Under the pieces are notes generated by a model. The model did no database searches and was not told the origin of the DNA. It saw only the letters and a program-made list of their open reading frames with translations. From Octopus vulgaris (lineage: Eukaryota), in assembly GCA_951406725.2 (NCBI GenBank), contig OX597823.1, positions 99,138,001 through 99,202,000 of the forward strand: a stretch of DNA of 64,000 nucleotides. Direction: 5' to 3'. This document shows, piece after piece, positions 13,173 through 24,080 of the stretch; positions within the stretch are counted from its first letter, which is position 1, and each line of letters opens with the position of its first letter. The translations under genes and the position numbers were made by a program.

Positions 13173-13910
13173 TGTAGGTGTTGACACTAGTTAACAACTT
13201 TGGTAAAAGAATATATATTACAGCAACTTTACTCATATATAATACACAACTAAAACCTTCACCCTGCCTGATATTTGACTGTGATCACAAATATATAATC
13301 CAAATTGTGTTTCAAAGCTCGATTTTCCTCTTCTGCAACAGAAAACATCAAATGTGAACAGCTTCTGACACTCTTTTAAGTGGCACAGGTACATTCCATA
13401 TAAGAATAACACATCTGCCATTAGGGACCTCCAAAAGAATCAGTTGGCAACCAGTCAAAGCATTTTTCAAAACTGTTTTAATCAGGTTTTAAGCAAACAA
13501 AACAGACTTAATTGTTAGCTGGGAAAGGTATGGTTAGAGACATTAATGGTAGACGAATAATGTCTCGTTCTTTAAATACTGAAAAACAAAGCTACTGACA
13601 TCATAAAGAAAAAGATGTAAACGACTACAACAGGGATTGAAGTGCCCGTTAACTTGCAGCAGTTAAAGAAACATTCGGCACAGGTTATACTGAAACTTCT
13701 GTTAAGCATTGTATTTGTTATGTAAATATTCCTATTGCTATATCTTTCTGAATTAATTTACCTTATAATAAATGGTATCACCAGTAGTATTAGAAATGGG
13801 TTTGACTGAATCTGGTTCTGAAACAAGGTCTAGATATTTTAAAAGAAATAGAAAGACATGTGACACTATAACAAATAATGTAAGACTTAAAAGAACAGTT
13901 CTATATTTAA

Positions 13911-14973
13911 CCCTTTTGTTACCAAACCGCCCGAAACAAATTTTGGTTAATGTGACCAAACCGCCCGAATTTACCTATTCATATTTAAATGAGAATATCA
14001 GAGCAAATCTCTTTAGTACATTCGTGAAAATACGTATTATACTTCGTAAAGAGTTTGACTACAGTTTTGTATAAAAATCGAAGTGTAATTTTAATTCCGT
14101 GAATTTTGGGAGATTTTTTTCCGAAATTTGTTCCTATTGTGTTTTCAAAATTTGTAATTCTGACAAAAAATGGATACGAATTTCATTATATCAAGCAGCG
14201 AGTCAGAATTCGAAGGATTTTCTACTGAAGACCTTCATAAATCTAACTCTATGACTGAAAAATAAAAGCATGTGGTATTTGATAATGAATCTGATGTTTC
14301 ATTTTCCGAAAGTGAAAACAGTGAATCCGAGAGCTCCGACAGCGATAAAGAAAATGAATTGGCACCTGAATGGAGTGAAAATTTAAAAACTGTTTCTTTC
14401 AGTGATTTTTCTGAAGAAACTGGACCAAGCCACAGACTTTCCCAGAAGAGTAAAGCCTTAGACTATTTCTTTTTACTTTTTCGAATGAGCCTATTTGAAA
14501 TCATTACAGCAGAAACGAACCGTTACGCTAAATGTAAACAAAGCGAAAGAAAGGATAGTTAGTGGTTTCCCATAACCTTAAATGAAATTAAGACCATTTT
14601 GCCATAAATATTATTATGGGTATCAGAAAGTTACCCAGAATAACAAATCCAATCGTAAAATTTTGTATACCCAATTGAATATTAGCTAATAACCCCTTTT
14701 CTATAGCGATGTTTGAACAAAATTTTAATAATTTTATATTTTGTTGAATTTACCTGTATCTACCTGCAATTAGAGTCACTTTGTGACAAAAATTATAGTA
14801 TAGAATTGGTTGAGAACATTTCATTAAATTATCTTCCAAAATTCACGTTAATATATTGATAAATAAAAAAGTTATAGTTGTTTAATGAAACCAGACTAAA
14901 TTTATGATTATGTTAGAAATTAATTGAAACACATAAGGGGTGTATTTTGGTCAGAAATATAGTAACGAAAGGG
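13911..14973 (+). mobile_element. piggyBac deletion derivative with PGBD-like transposase 5' remnant
   Basis: TTAA TSD (13907-13910, 14974-14977); TIR CCCTTTTGTTAC/GTAACGAAAGGG; ORF 14272..14562 with acidic Ser-rich N-terminus then F..ETGP..LDYF.LLF..I.AETNRYA. Confidence 0.88.
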
Positions 14974-14995
14974 TTAAGAGATGAGGAATTATGTG

Positions 14996-15317
14996 ACATT
15001 ATTTACATTTGACGGATATTTGTCCTCATCTTGTTTGTTGTTAACACAATGTTTCGGCTGATATACCCTCCAGCCTTCATCAGGTGTCTTGGCATATGGC
15101 ATAGTGGTTAAGAGCGCGGGCTACTAACCCCAAGATTCCAAGCAGTGACCTGAATAATAATGATAATAACAACAACATCGAAAAATACCTTAGGAATGAG
15201 AACCCAAGTTCGAAATTTTCCCAAGACACCTGATGAAGGCTGGAGAGTATATTAGCCGAAACGTTGTGTTAACAACAAACAAGATGAGGGCAAATATCTA
15301 TCAAATATAAATAATGT
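14996..15317. mobile_element. Penelope/retrozyme-like element: 97-bp inverted arms each with a hammerhead motif, around a tRNA-like segment
   Basis: 14996-15092 is the reverse complement of 15221-15317; TGGCATAGTGGTTAAGAGCGCGGG A-box-like head at ~15097. Confidence 0.7.
15225..15270 (+). ncRNA. minimal type I hammerhead ribozyme motif (second, inverted copy at ~15043-15088)
   Basis: GACAC-CTGATGA-A-GGCT(loop)AGCC-GAAA-CGTT-GTGTT: stem I GACAC/GTGTT, stem II GGCT/AGCC, palindromic mini stem III AACGTT. Confidence 0.65.
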
Positions 15318-15919
15318 ACTTAAAAAGAATTTGGTCAATGCTGATCAAACCAAGTTTATGCCTCCATATCAAGAATCAGAGCTCATCATTTTTATAACAG
15401 ATCTCTGCAAATTTGATAAGCTTGGTCAAGGCAACCAAAATTCAAAGACAATACAATTGCGTTTCATTGAAGATATAGCAGACAGCTTATACAACCTTCT
15501 AGATCTATAAAGATCGAGAAAAGTGGAACAGGTGCAGTTGAGAAGTATATTACTTGCTGCACCTGTGAATTTTATACATGAAATGATATTGTGTTTGAAA
15601 AGCCTAAAAATTGTAGATATCTATAATATAACTGGAAGAAGAAATATTTTAAATGCAAAACTGTGGGTTATAAACTTGCATTTATTAAAGGGAAACCTCC
15701 TGCATTTGCATAAATGTGTAAATCATGAACCAAAAAGACTAAATGTTTGTACCTTTCGAAAGAAAAGAAATTTATGATATTAGGTCTGACACTGAAATGT
15801 TTACACTACATGGCAAGGTGAGAACCACCTTATTGTAATTTATAAGGAACAAGGTCCATTTGGATATGCAAATGGATACCAATAATAATATTATCTTAAT
15901 TCCAAGGAACTTTTACATA

Positions 15920-17070
15920 CTGTAAAAACCCATGTAATTTGCGCACCTGTGTAACTTACACAGGTGATTTTCAGGACAAAAATAGTTAGGAAAGCTTCTA
16001 CTCATGTAAAATTAGCACCCAAAAGTTTTCAAAATTGTCAATATAGCCAGGGGAAAAAAGTTTTTAATTTAGTTGTATTTAGCATAAATTCATTTATTTA
16101 TGATTAGATTTTATTAAATAAAAATAACTTCTGTTTAGCAGGTATCACGTTGAAAGCATTTGTGTTGTTTATAATAAACTTTATTTTACATTTCTTGCCC
16201 ACAAGAGATTATGTCCGATCTTTAGCATACTGCTGTATGTCTTCTCAAATCATGATCACAGGAAAAGTTAAGAATTACCAACAAAAACAAAGCTGATAAA
16301 TACGCACAAGTGTTGCAAATTAAGTCTAATTACCAATAAACATCAGCTTGGATGACACTTTACTCAACCAACAGAGGAAGGTGACTGATCAAACTGATTA
16401 TGTAAACAGAATTCTCTTCCACCAATTGTTGTGGGAACCTTTGATATGGAGTATCGAAATTTTAATCCCTTTCACACTTATAAAATGTCAAGCAAACTTA
16501 ATTTGTTATTACCGTTATTGTCAGTATGGGCAGAACTTATGAATCGTTTACTGTGAAGGAGAAATTAAATATGTTGAATATGCATTTGAATGTGGCGAAA
16601 GAGCTGCCGGAAGGTATTTTAATGTTAATGAAGCCAGTGTTCGAAATTGGCATGAGCAATACAACAAACTTAAAACTGTGCCTAGTGATAAACATACAAT
16701 CAAAATTATCCATATCATTACATTTTTTTCAGTCAGAAGTATCCATATCACTATGTATGTCCATGGTACTCCTATGTAAAATATGGCCTGGACTGTGTTT
16801 ACTAGCATGAACGTCAGACTTCAAAAAGTAGTTAACCAATATACCATCCAGCATAAATAAAAGTCAACTTCATTACATTTAAGCCATTAGTTTATCTGAG
16901 ATTAAATGAGTCAACTTCCGGTACCAATGTTCACATTATGTACATCTTTTTCCAACAAAAGAAATTTCAAAAAAAATTCTGGAAATGATCTACTCATGTA
17001 ATTTATGCACCCCCTAAAGTTTATTTTTATTTTTGCAAAAAAAGTGCACAAATTACATGGGTTTTTACGG
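15920..17070 (+). mobile_element. pogo/Tc2-like DNA transposon relic
   Basis: TA flanks; TIR CTGTAAAAACCCATGTAATTTGCGCAC / GTGCACAAATTACATGGGTTTTTACGG; frameshifted HTH remnant from 16526 (MGRTYESFTVKEKL..ERAAGRYFNVNEASVRNW). Confidence 0.75.
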
Positions 17071-17239
17071 TACTCATTCCTCAATCAAAATCTCTCAATA
17101 GTCAGACAAACTTTGCCTTTATCATGGATCAATAATTAAAACCTTAAGGCTTCTCTGAAGCTACCCTAGGAAAAGCACTCAATCAGAAATTACACAAACG
17201 TACACCCATTATCTTTCATATATTCGTACATACATAAAT

Positions 17240-17875
17240 AAGTTCTTTGTGAGCCGCTCTCTGGCTTTATATAGCTATGGTGCAACCTCACCTGGAATTT
17301 GCATCACCGGTCTGGAACCCCTATCTTGCCCAGGATAATAATCATCTGGAAGCCGTTCAGCGATGTGCAACCAAGAGAATACCCTCCATCAGGCATTTGC
17401 CATATTCTGAATGCCTTACTTCCCTGGGCATGGACACATTGAAACTCCAACGTCTGGCAGCTGACTTGGCAGACACCCATAAAACTATTAACCATCTTAC
17501 AAACAATAACTCTGAGCACCTTTTCAAACTCCACCTGTCTAACATTCGTGCACATGTTTACAAAGTCAGAAAACAGAACAGCTCCCATGACTTTCGGAAA
17601 TATTTTTTCACGCTAAGTGTTGCTGAAGCATGGAACAAACTGCCGGCATCAGTTGTTAGTTGTCGGCGCACTGCATCCTTCAAAACTTCCATGTTTCCTG
17701 AGATTCGCCAACACTACACATGATTTTCTCCCCTCCATACACACGCAAGCACGTATCTGACTCATACACTGTTCACCTTCCAGACATTTGTACATTACTG
17801 CATGTGCTTTATATGCACTTTTGACAAGTTGTGGTGCACCTGAGCACTGTATACAATGATTTCATTATTATTATA
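17240..17875 (+). mobile_element. CR1/L2-group LINE 3' fragment
   Basis: ORF 17277..17723 VQPHLEFASPVWNPY..LEAVQRCATK..LPY.E.L..LG..TL..RL.ADL..RKYFF..V.EAWNKLP; (ATT)n tail; short inverted 3' piece at ~56250-56290. Confidence 0.8.
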
Positions 17876-18967
17876 TACATACCTCTTCTTTGTATTTATG
17901 TATGTCATTATTTAGTTTTATTTCAAGATTTCTTACCAATAGAGATAGAGCCAGTTTCTAACCTAGATCCAAGGCAGGATGAAATTTGAAAAATTCTAAG
18001 TTTGGGAGAAAGGGAGGTTGAGATAGACATTTTAAATCTGGAAAGGGTGGTTTAAAAAAAAAAATTCGGAAAAAGTTCAAGATTTTAAATTGAGGGGAAG
18101 GGGAAATGTGAAAAATGTTTAAATTGAAGGAAATGGGTGTGGTGAGTGATTTAGATATGTCGATTTGTGCAAATTTTTCTTTGCAGATTCGTATTCCCCG
18201 TAGCCGAAAAAGAAAATTTTTTTAAGGGGGTTGGGGAGGGCGGAAGTCTCGCCTGGATATGGAAATATATTGATTTAACGCAGAGATATATTATTGACAT
18301 CAATACGAAATAACGATATTTCGAACTTGGTGTGCGTCTGTGTCACGAAAGTAAGAAATACAAATATTCTATAATCACATGTTGATCAGTCCCTATCAGG
18401 CTCATACCGACCACTCAATAGGACCACATTGTAATTTGAAGAAGATTTAGGAATTTCTAAATCTTCTAGGAAACTTAATAGAGGCTTCGACACTACTTAA
18501 ATACAGAGGCCCTGATGCATCTACGTAACGATGTTTTTACAGTGTACACTCGTAGGGTTAGAGTTACAGAGATGCGTCGGACGTGAGGTTTACACGTTGG
18601 TTCATATCTAACACGTTTCAATATATCTCCAAGTTTGTTTGTTTTTTATTTTATACGAAATAACAACTTTATACATAATCATTAACCAAAGATGTTAACC
18701 TTAATAAAGAAAGAAGCTGCTTGGTTTTAAAATTAAAAAGACAAAACATTAAAAGCAATGAGAAATATTTTAAAAAATGACTCGTAGACTTAATTTCCAG
18801 AACACGTGTAGCTATATAGGTTAGTCAATAACAAACTGAAAATTATCATGAAGAACCACATATAACTTTGGAACTATACTGGTTAAATAATTTTAAAAAT
18901 CATTTTCTGTTTCAGGGTAAATAAAATTAAAATAAACGGAAGATGAGAGAAGAGGAATTTCACTTAC

Positions 18968-19015
18968 ATCTTGTCTACGCAAGGATTGCCAACACATGAA
19001 ACCCAAGTTTGAACG
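18968..19015 (-). other. DDX18: putative non-coding first exon of DDX18
   Basis: GTAAGT donor at 18967 next to a CpG-retaining promoter-like segment; 5' end unknown. Confidence 0.5.
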
Positions 19016-19101
19016 GAAACAATGCGCATGACCGGAACTGAAAAAGCAATTTCCGTTTTAAACGTTGCCAATGTAAACAAAAAGAAGCGAACCGAGACCC
19101 G
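19010..19101. promoter_or_regulatory. compact bidirectional promoter between DDX18 and CCDC89-like gene
   Basis: TGCGCATG (NRF1-like) 19023-19030, CCGGAA 19032-19037 and TTCCG 19051-19055 (ETS-like), GTTGCC 19064-19069 (RFX half-site), GTAAACAA 19073-19080 (forkhead). Confidence 0.55.
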
Positions 19102-19125
19102 ATGGATGGCATTGCAAAAGAAGAG
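19102..19125 (+). CDS. CCDC89: CCDC89-like exon 1
   Basis: ATG GAT GGC ATT GCA AAA GAA GAG then GTGATC donor; phase 0 joins exon 21003. Confidence 0.55.
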
Positions 19126-19316
19126 GTGATCTTTTGTTGGTATTATTTTATTGTTGCTCGTTTTCTCTGGATTAAGAAGAAAAAGTAATATTTTTTTCAG
19201 GCTCTTTTAAGCTGGGGATCCCGTCGTCGAATATTTGATCTTAATTTTGAAGACAATTCAGTATCTAATGACTGTAGCAATGCAACTCACTCCATTATAA
19301 TTTCCTAAGAGGGAGC

Positions 19317-19695
19317 AAGCTAGCAGAAACGTTAGCACGCCGGGCGAAATGCGCAACCGTATTTCGTCTGCCGTTACGTTCTGAGTTCAAATTCCGCCGA
19401 GGTCGACTTTGCCTTTCGGGGTCGATAAATTAAGGACCAGTTACGCACTGGAGTCGATGTAATCGACTTAATCCGTTTGTCTGTCCTTGTTGGTCTCCTC
19501 TGTGTTTAGCCCCTTTGTGGGAATTTTGTCTGTCTTTACGTTCTGAGTTCAAATTCCGCCGAGGTCGACTTTGCCTTTTTGGGTTGATAAATTAAGTACC
19601 AGTTACGCATTGGGGTCGATATAATCGACTTAATCCGTTTGTCTGTCCTTGTTTGTTCCCTCTGTGTTTAGCACCTTGTGGGTAGTAAAGAAATA
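19317..19695 (+). mobile_element. SINE family 2 (MetaSINE-like central domain), internally duplicated, with 21-bp TSD
   Basis: GAGTTCAAATTCC B-box and GTCGACTTTGCCTTT..GGGTCGATAAATTAAG.ACC core occur twice; flanked by TATAATTTCCTAAG(A/T)GGGAGC at 19296-19316 and 19696-19716. Confidence 0.8.
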
Positions 19696-20270
19696 TATAA
19701 TTTCCTAAGTGGGAGCCTCATTCAACTTGTTAGAAATAGCAACCTACTCTCCCTTCGCATCCAGTTTATAGTTTTTCCAACATTGTGTTTATTCAAAATC
19801 TATTCTGAAAAGTGTTTATCCACACAGGAAACCCGGTGAATTTTTACTTTAACACCCAGCCACCAAAACAAAAAGAAAAAACATGTAATAAGGTGTAAAC
19901 AAAATTGTGTATTAAACGAATGAGAAAACAAAAATCGGCGCCAACGAACTTAGGTCGGGACTTTCGGAAGATTCACAAGATCCAATTTTTTTCTTTCATA
20001 ACTTTTAGGAAAATGGATATCTTTTAATGAAGTTTTGTATAAATACCTTTCAAACAGCATAGATTACGATTATAAAGAAATTTGAGGAGAAATTTTTTTT
20101 CCGAGGGGGTGGAGAGAGAGAAATACATAGGTTATTTTTTTGCTTGAGTGTAATGGAAAAAAGTTTTTAAAAAATTTTAGATTCATTTATTTTTCGTTTG
20201 AGTAATAGAAAAAGCAATAATAAATCTCCTGAATGAGGTATAAACAGTAACTGCACAACAATGTGAGGTA

Positions 20271-20513
20271 TATTTGCCGTCTCAATATGGCTAACCACTA
20301 AGGGTGGGTGTTACTGTAGCTTGTAGCCCCAGGTGAACATCTCCTCCAGCTGGCTTTAGGCACACTTCCTGTGCCAGAAGGATGACCTCCCTTTGCAAAT
20401 ACCGATAGGGCACAGGAAGTGTGCTTATAGCCAGCTGGAGGAGATGTTCTCCTGGGGCTACAAGCTACAGTAACACCCACCCTTAGTGGTTAGCCATATT
20501 GAGATGGCAAATA
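20271..20513. repeat. near-perfect foldback (105-bp arms, 33-bp loop), MITE-like
   Basis: 20271-20375 is the reverse complement of 20409-20513 with about four mismatches. Confidence 0.9.
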
Positions 20514-21002
20514 ATAGAAAAAGGTTGTTTTTAAAAAGATGTGTGTGAATCTGAGAGGGGAATATGTTGGATAAAATCATAACTGATTTTCCTGTATTTT
20601 CTTTTACCCAAAGCCAGGAACTTTTCAGCACCCCCTCATATAAAATGAATCTAACAAATGACACCATTTTATGAAATATCTTAGATGAATGCATGAGATA
20701 TTATTCCTTAATAATATCTCATACATTGGTTGGAATTTATTAATAATGTTGGTTTGGTTGAAAAGACAAATGTAAAAGAAACAATCTTTTCAACAGTATG
20801 TTTTTTTTTTTAAACCGGTCTTTTCAAAAGTGATATACCTTAAAGCATGGATGCACTGAGCTGTGGCATTGATTTAGGACCCAATGCTAATCAATGTGTG
20901 CTATGGTTGTATATGTAGAGTGTCAGCAACAACTTGACTATGAATCTTTTTAACTTCCTTATACTTTTATTTGCTTTGTATATCTATTCATTTATACTAT
21001 AG

Positions 21003-21466
21003 GTAACTGTTGAGGAATCAGCAGAAATTACTTCTCAGTTGGATGAAAAATCAAGACACTTCAATTTATTATCATCTCGACTTGAGGAACAATCTAATTT
21101 AATTAGGATCTTGAAAGAACAAATCCATAATACAGAAACTAAAATAGCAAATTATGAAGAAAATAACAAGAATCTTGACTCTTACCGAAATTTTGCTCTT
21201 TCTGAATTAAAAGAGCAAATGATACGTTACAAGACATTGAAAGACCATTATTACACATTACAAAACAACTTCCTGGAAATAAAGGCACTCACAGAGCAAT
21301 ATAAAAGCAAAAATAAGTTACTAGCTGATGAAATAAAAACTCTGGAACTTTCAAATGAAAAATTATTTGGAACAGCCAGATGTGAAATTCTTGACCAGGT
21401 GGAGAGTTTAAAGAAAACTGACAGTAATTTTAAGGAACAATGTAAACTGATTGAAGAAAAAATTGC
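21003..21466 (+). CDS. CCDC89: CCDC89-like exon 2 (coiled coil)
   Basis: TAG acceptor, GTAAGT donor; LSSRLEEQSNLIRILK resembles CCDC89 LRSRIDEQSQLICILK; 464 nt, phase 0 to 2. Confidence 0.85.
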
Positions 21467-21759
21467 GTAAGTAATTAATTAAAGAGAAACTTCTTCATCA
21501 TCATCACCATTGCTCTTATCATCGTCATCGTTGTTGTTATTTAATATCCAAGTTCATGCTTGTTTTTATTGAATTACTTTATTGAGATAGAGTGGTTGAA
21601 TAGATGAAGTTTTAAGCCACTGCCTTTGAAGGTCACATTAGACCCATCTAATCCACAATGATAAGAACTCTATGTGTTAAAAGAAAGACATCTTTTAAGA
21701 CATGTCATACCTAATGTCTCCATACCCAAATTCTTTAGATACATCCACTGCTTCTACTA

Positions 21760-22890
21760 CGAGGGGTGTTCATTAAAAATTTTTCCCTAACTCACTTCTG
21801 GTTATTGCAAGAAATGGAACTTGTACAGGTTTAATCATACATGTCTCTACATGTCACATTGTGAATTCCAGCTTTGCACTTGTATTCGTTTGTCTTTTAC
21901 GGCTGCTGAAGTGGACTAAGGTGTTATAATGGAGGCAGTTGAATGCAGATCAGTGATCAGGTTCTTATACTTTAAAGGTCGTACACCAAAAGAGACTTTC
22001 GATGAGATGAAAGAAGTTGATGGCGACGATGCACCATCATACAACGTAGTCAAGCACTGGCATCGCCAGTTCAAATGTTGTCAAACATCAGTGGAGACTG
22101 CTCCTATTCTTGGATAACCACATGCTGCCATTGATGATGACACCATCCATAAAGTGGAAGCCATTATTTTGGAGGATCACTACATAACTATTCAGCAACT
22201 AACCCAAAAAGTGAAGATAAGTGTAGTGTCTGTGTAAAACATCATTCACAACCATTTGCACATGCAGAAGTTGTCTGCATGATGGATTCCCCGGATGCTC
22301 ATACCTTTTCAGAAGTAGGAACAAGTCAATTGCTCCCAGGCTCCTTTGGCAATGTGCCAAGAAAACAAGGACGTTTTCGACAGACTTATCACACATGATG
22401 AAACATAGATCCATCACTATGGTCCTGAGACTAAAATCCAGTCAAAGCAATGGAAGCATAACTCACCACTTCCAATGAAGGCTTATGTCCAACCCACAGC
22501 AGGCAGTTGATGCTTACAGTCTTTAGAGACCAATGTGGAGTAGTGATGATGAATTTTCTAGCAAAGGGCACTACAATTAATGGGGTATATCATGCTTCTC
22601 TGCTGCAGAAATTGCAAGATGTCATCAAAGCAGAGAGACATAATGGCATGCTGACCAAAGGAATCCGCCTCCTACAAGACAACGCCCCAGTTCACAATGT
22701 GCATGTTGACCAGATGAAAGCACACTCCTGTGTCTATGAAATCCTTCCTCATCCCCCTTACTCTCCCAGCCTCACACCATCTGACTTCCACCTCTTTCCA
22801 ACCATGAAGTCTTTTTTGAAGAGGAAGCACTCTTCAGATGATGATGAACTTATTTCCAAGATAAAGTCTTGGTTCCAGACGCAACCTACC
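21760..22890 (+). mobile_element. mariner (DD34D) transposon, 3'-truncated, pseudogenised
   Basis: TA|CGAGGGGTGTTCA start; fragments MEAVECRSVIRFL, ITHDET, LLQDNAPVH, HPPYSPSLTPSDFHLF with stops/frameshifts. Confidence 0.9.
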
Positions 22891-23279
22891 AAATTGGACT
22901 CCTTTGGTCAGCATGCCATCATGTCTCTCTGCTTTGATGACATCTTGCAATTTCTGCAGCAGAGAAGCTGCTTTACATATATTCCTGACTAACACACACA
23001 CTCTAAACACCCTTTATCTTTTCTCATCTTCAACCTCAACGTCTATCAAACCATTACTCTCTCTCTCTCCCTCTCTGCACTTTATTGGATCCTCCAACTA
23101 CAATCGTAACACAACTACCTACTATACACTCACATACTACACCATTCCTCCAGACCCAATAGAACTTCAAGTTAGCTGGATGGATGGAGTTCCACCACTT
23201 CTATGCTAACAGTCCTTTGAATGTATTTACTTCAGTCCTAATCTATCAAGATTGCTGTCTATAAGGCGTGCATCCTTAG

Positions 23280-23445
23280 TATGCCATCTGCTCGCGATAC
23301 CAGAGGGCGCACACTCTCCTACCCTGATGTAATCTCCAGGGATACAGGCGTCCAGCAACGGGACCTCTGTAATGCTATGATGGACTGTGAAGTCTGGCAT
23401 AACATAGTAAATTCAATTGTCTCGACCACGGTCGAATAATGATGT
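23280..23445 (+). mobile_element. short LINE 3' end (RTEX/Proto2-like)
   Basis: reads RGRTLSYPDVISRDTG..DLCNAMMDCEVW then a (TGA)n-like tail. Confidence 0.45.
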
Positions 23446-23454
23446 TGATGATGC

Positions 23455-24080
23455 TATTTTATGGCAGTGAGATGTGGAGCCTCTCCTCCAGACAGGAGTA
23501 ATGTCCCAACATCTTCTACCTTCGTAATTTGAGACATATTTTGGATATCAAGTGGACTGACTTCATCACCAAAGTCTTCAACCATGCAAAGATACCCAGT
23601 ATGCTCATCCTGCTCCAGCAGGGTCGTCTATGCTGGCTCTATCATGTTCATCACATGCCAGACAAGAGGATCCCAAAAGACTTCCTGTATGGGGAATTGG
23701 TCACCGGTACAAGAGCCCAACCTCGTCTTTGTTTCTAGGATGCCTGCAAGAGAGATGTGAAGTTGCTTGATCTGGACATCATGAGATGGAAGGAGGTCAC
23801 AAATGGTCACCCACACTGGAGACAAATACTGTGAAAGAGGATGAAGCAAGGGGAAGAAAAACAGGAACTTGCCACCAAAGAAAAGTGCACTCAATGGAAG
23901 GAAGAACCAGTAGTGCTGGCAGAGGGCTCCTTCAAATGCAGTCCTTATGTACATGACTGCCACTCCTGTGTGGGCCTCTACAGCCACAAACTGATGCTGC
24001 ACCACCATCAGCAGCTGACACAATTTCTTTGGGCGCAAATCCAATTTCTCTTGAGACTGATGGACGCCTACTACTATTAG
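23455..24080 (+). mobile_element. RTE/BovB-like LINE 3' fragment
   Basis: YGSE.W..LRHILDIKW.D..QGRLCWLYHVHHMPDKRIPKDFLYGEL..PRL.F; (CTA)n tail. Confidence 0.75.
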
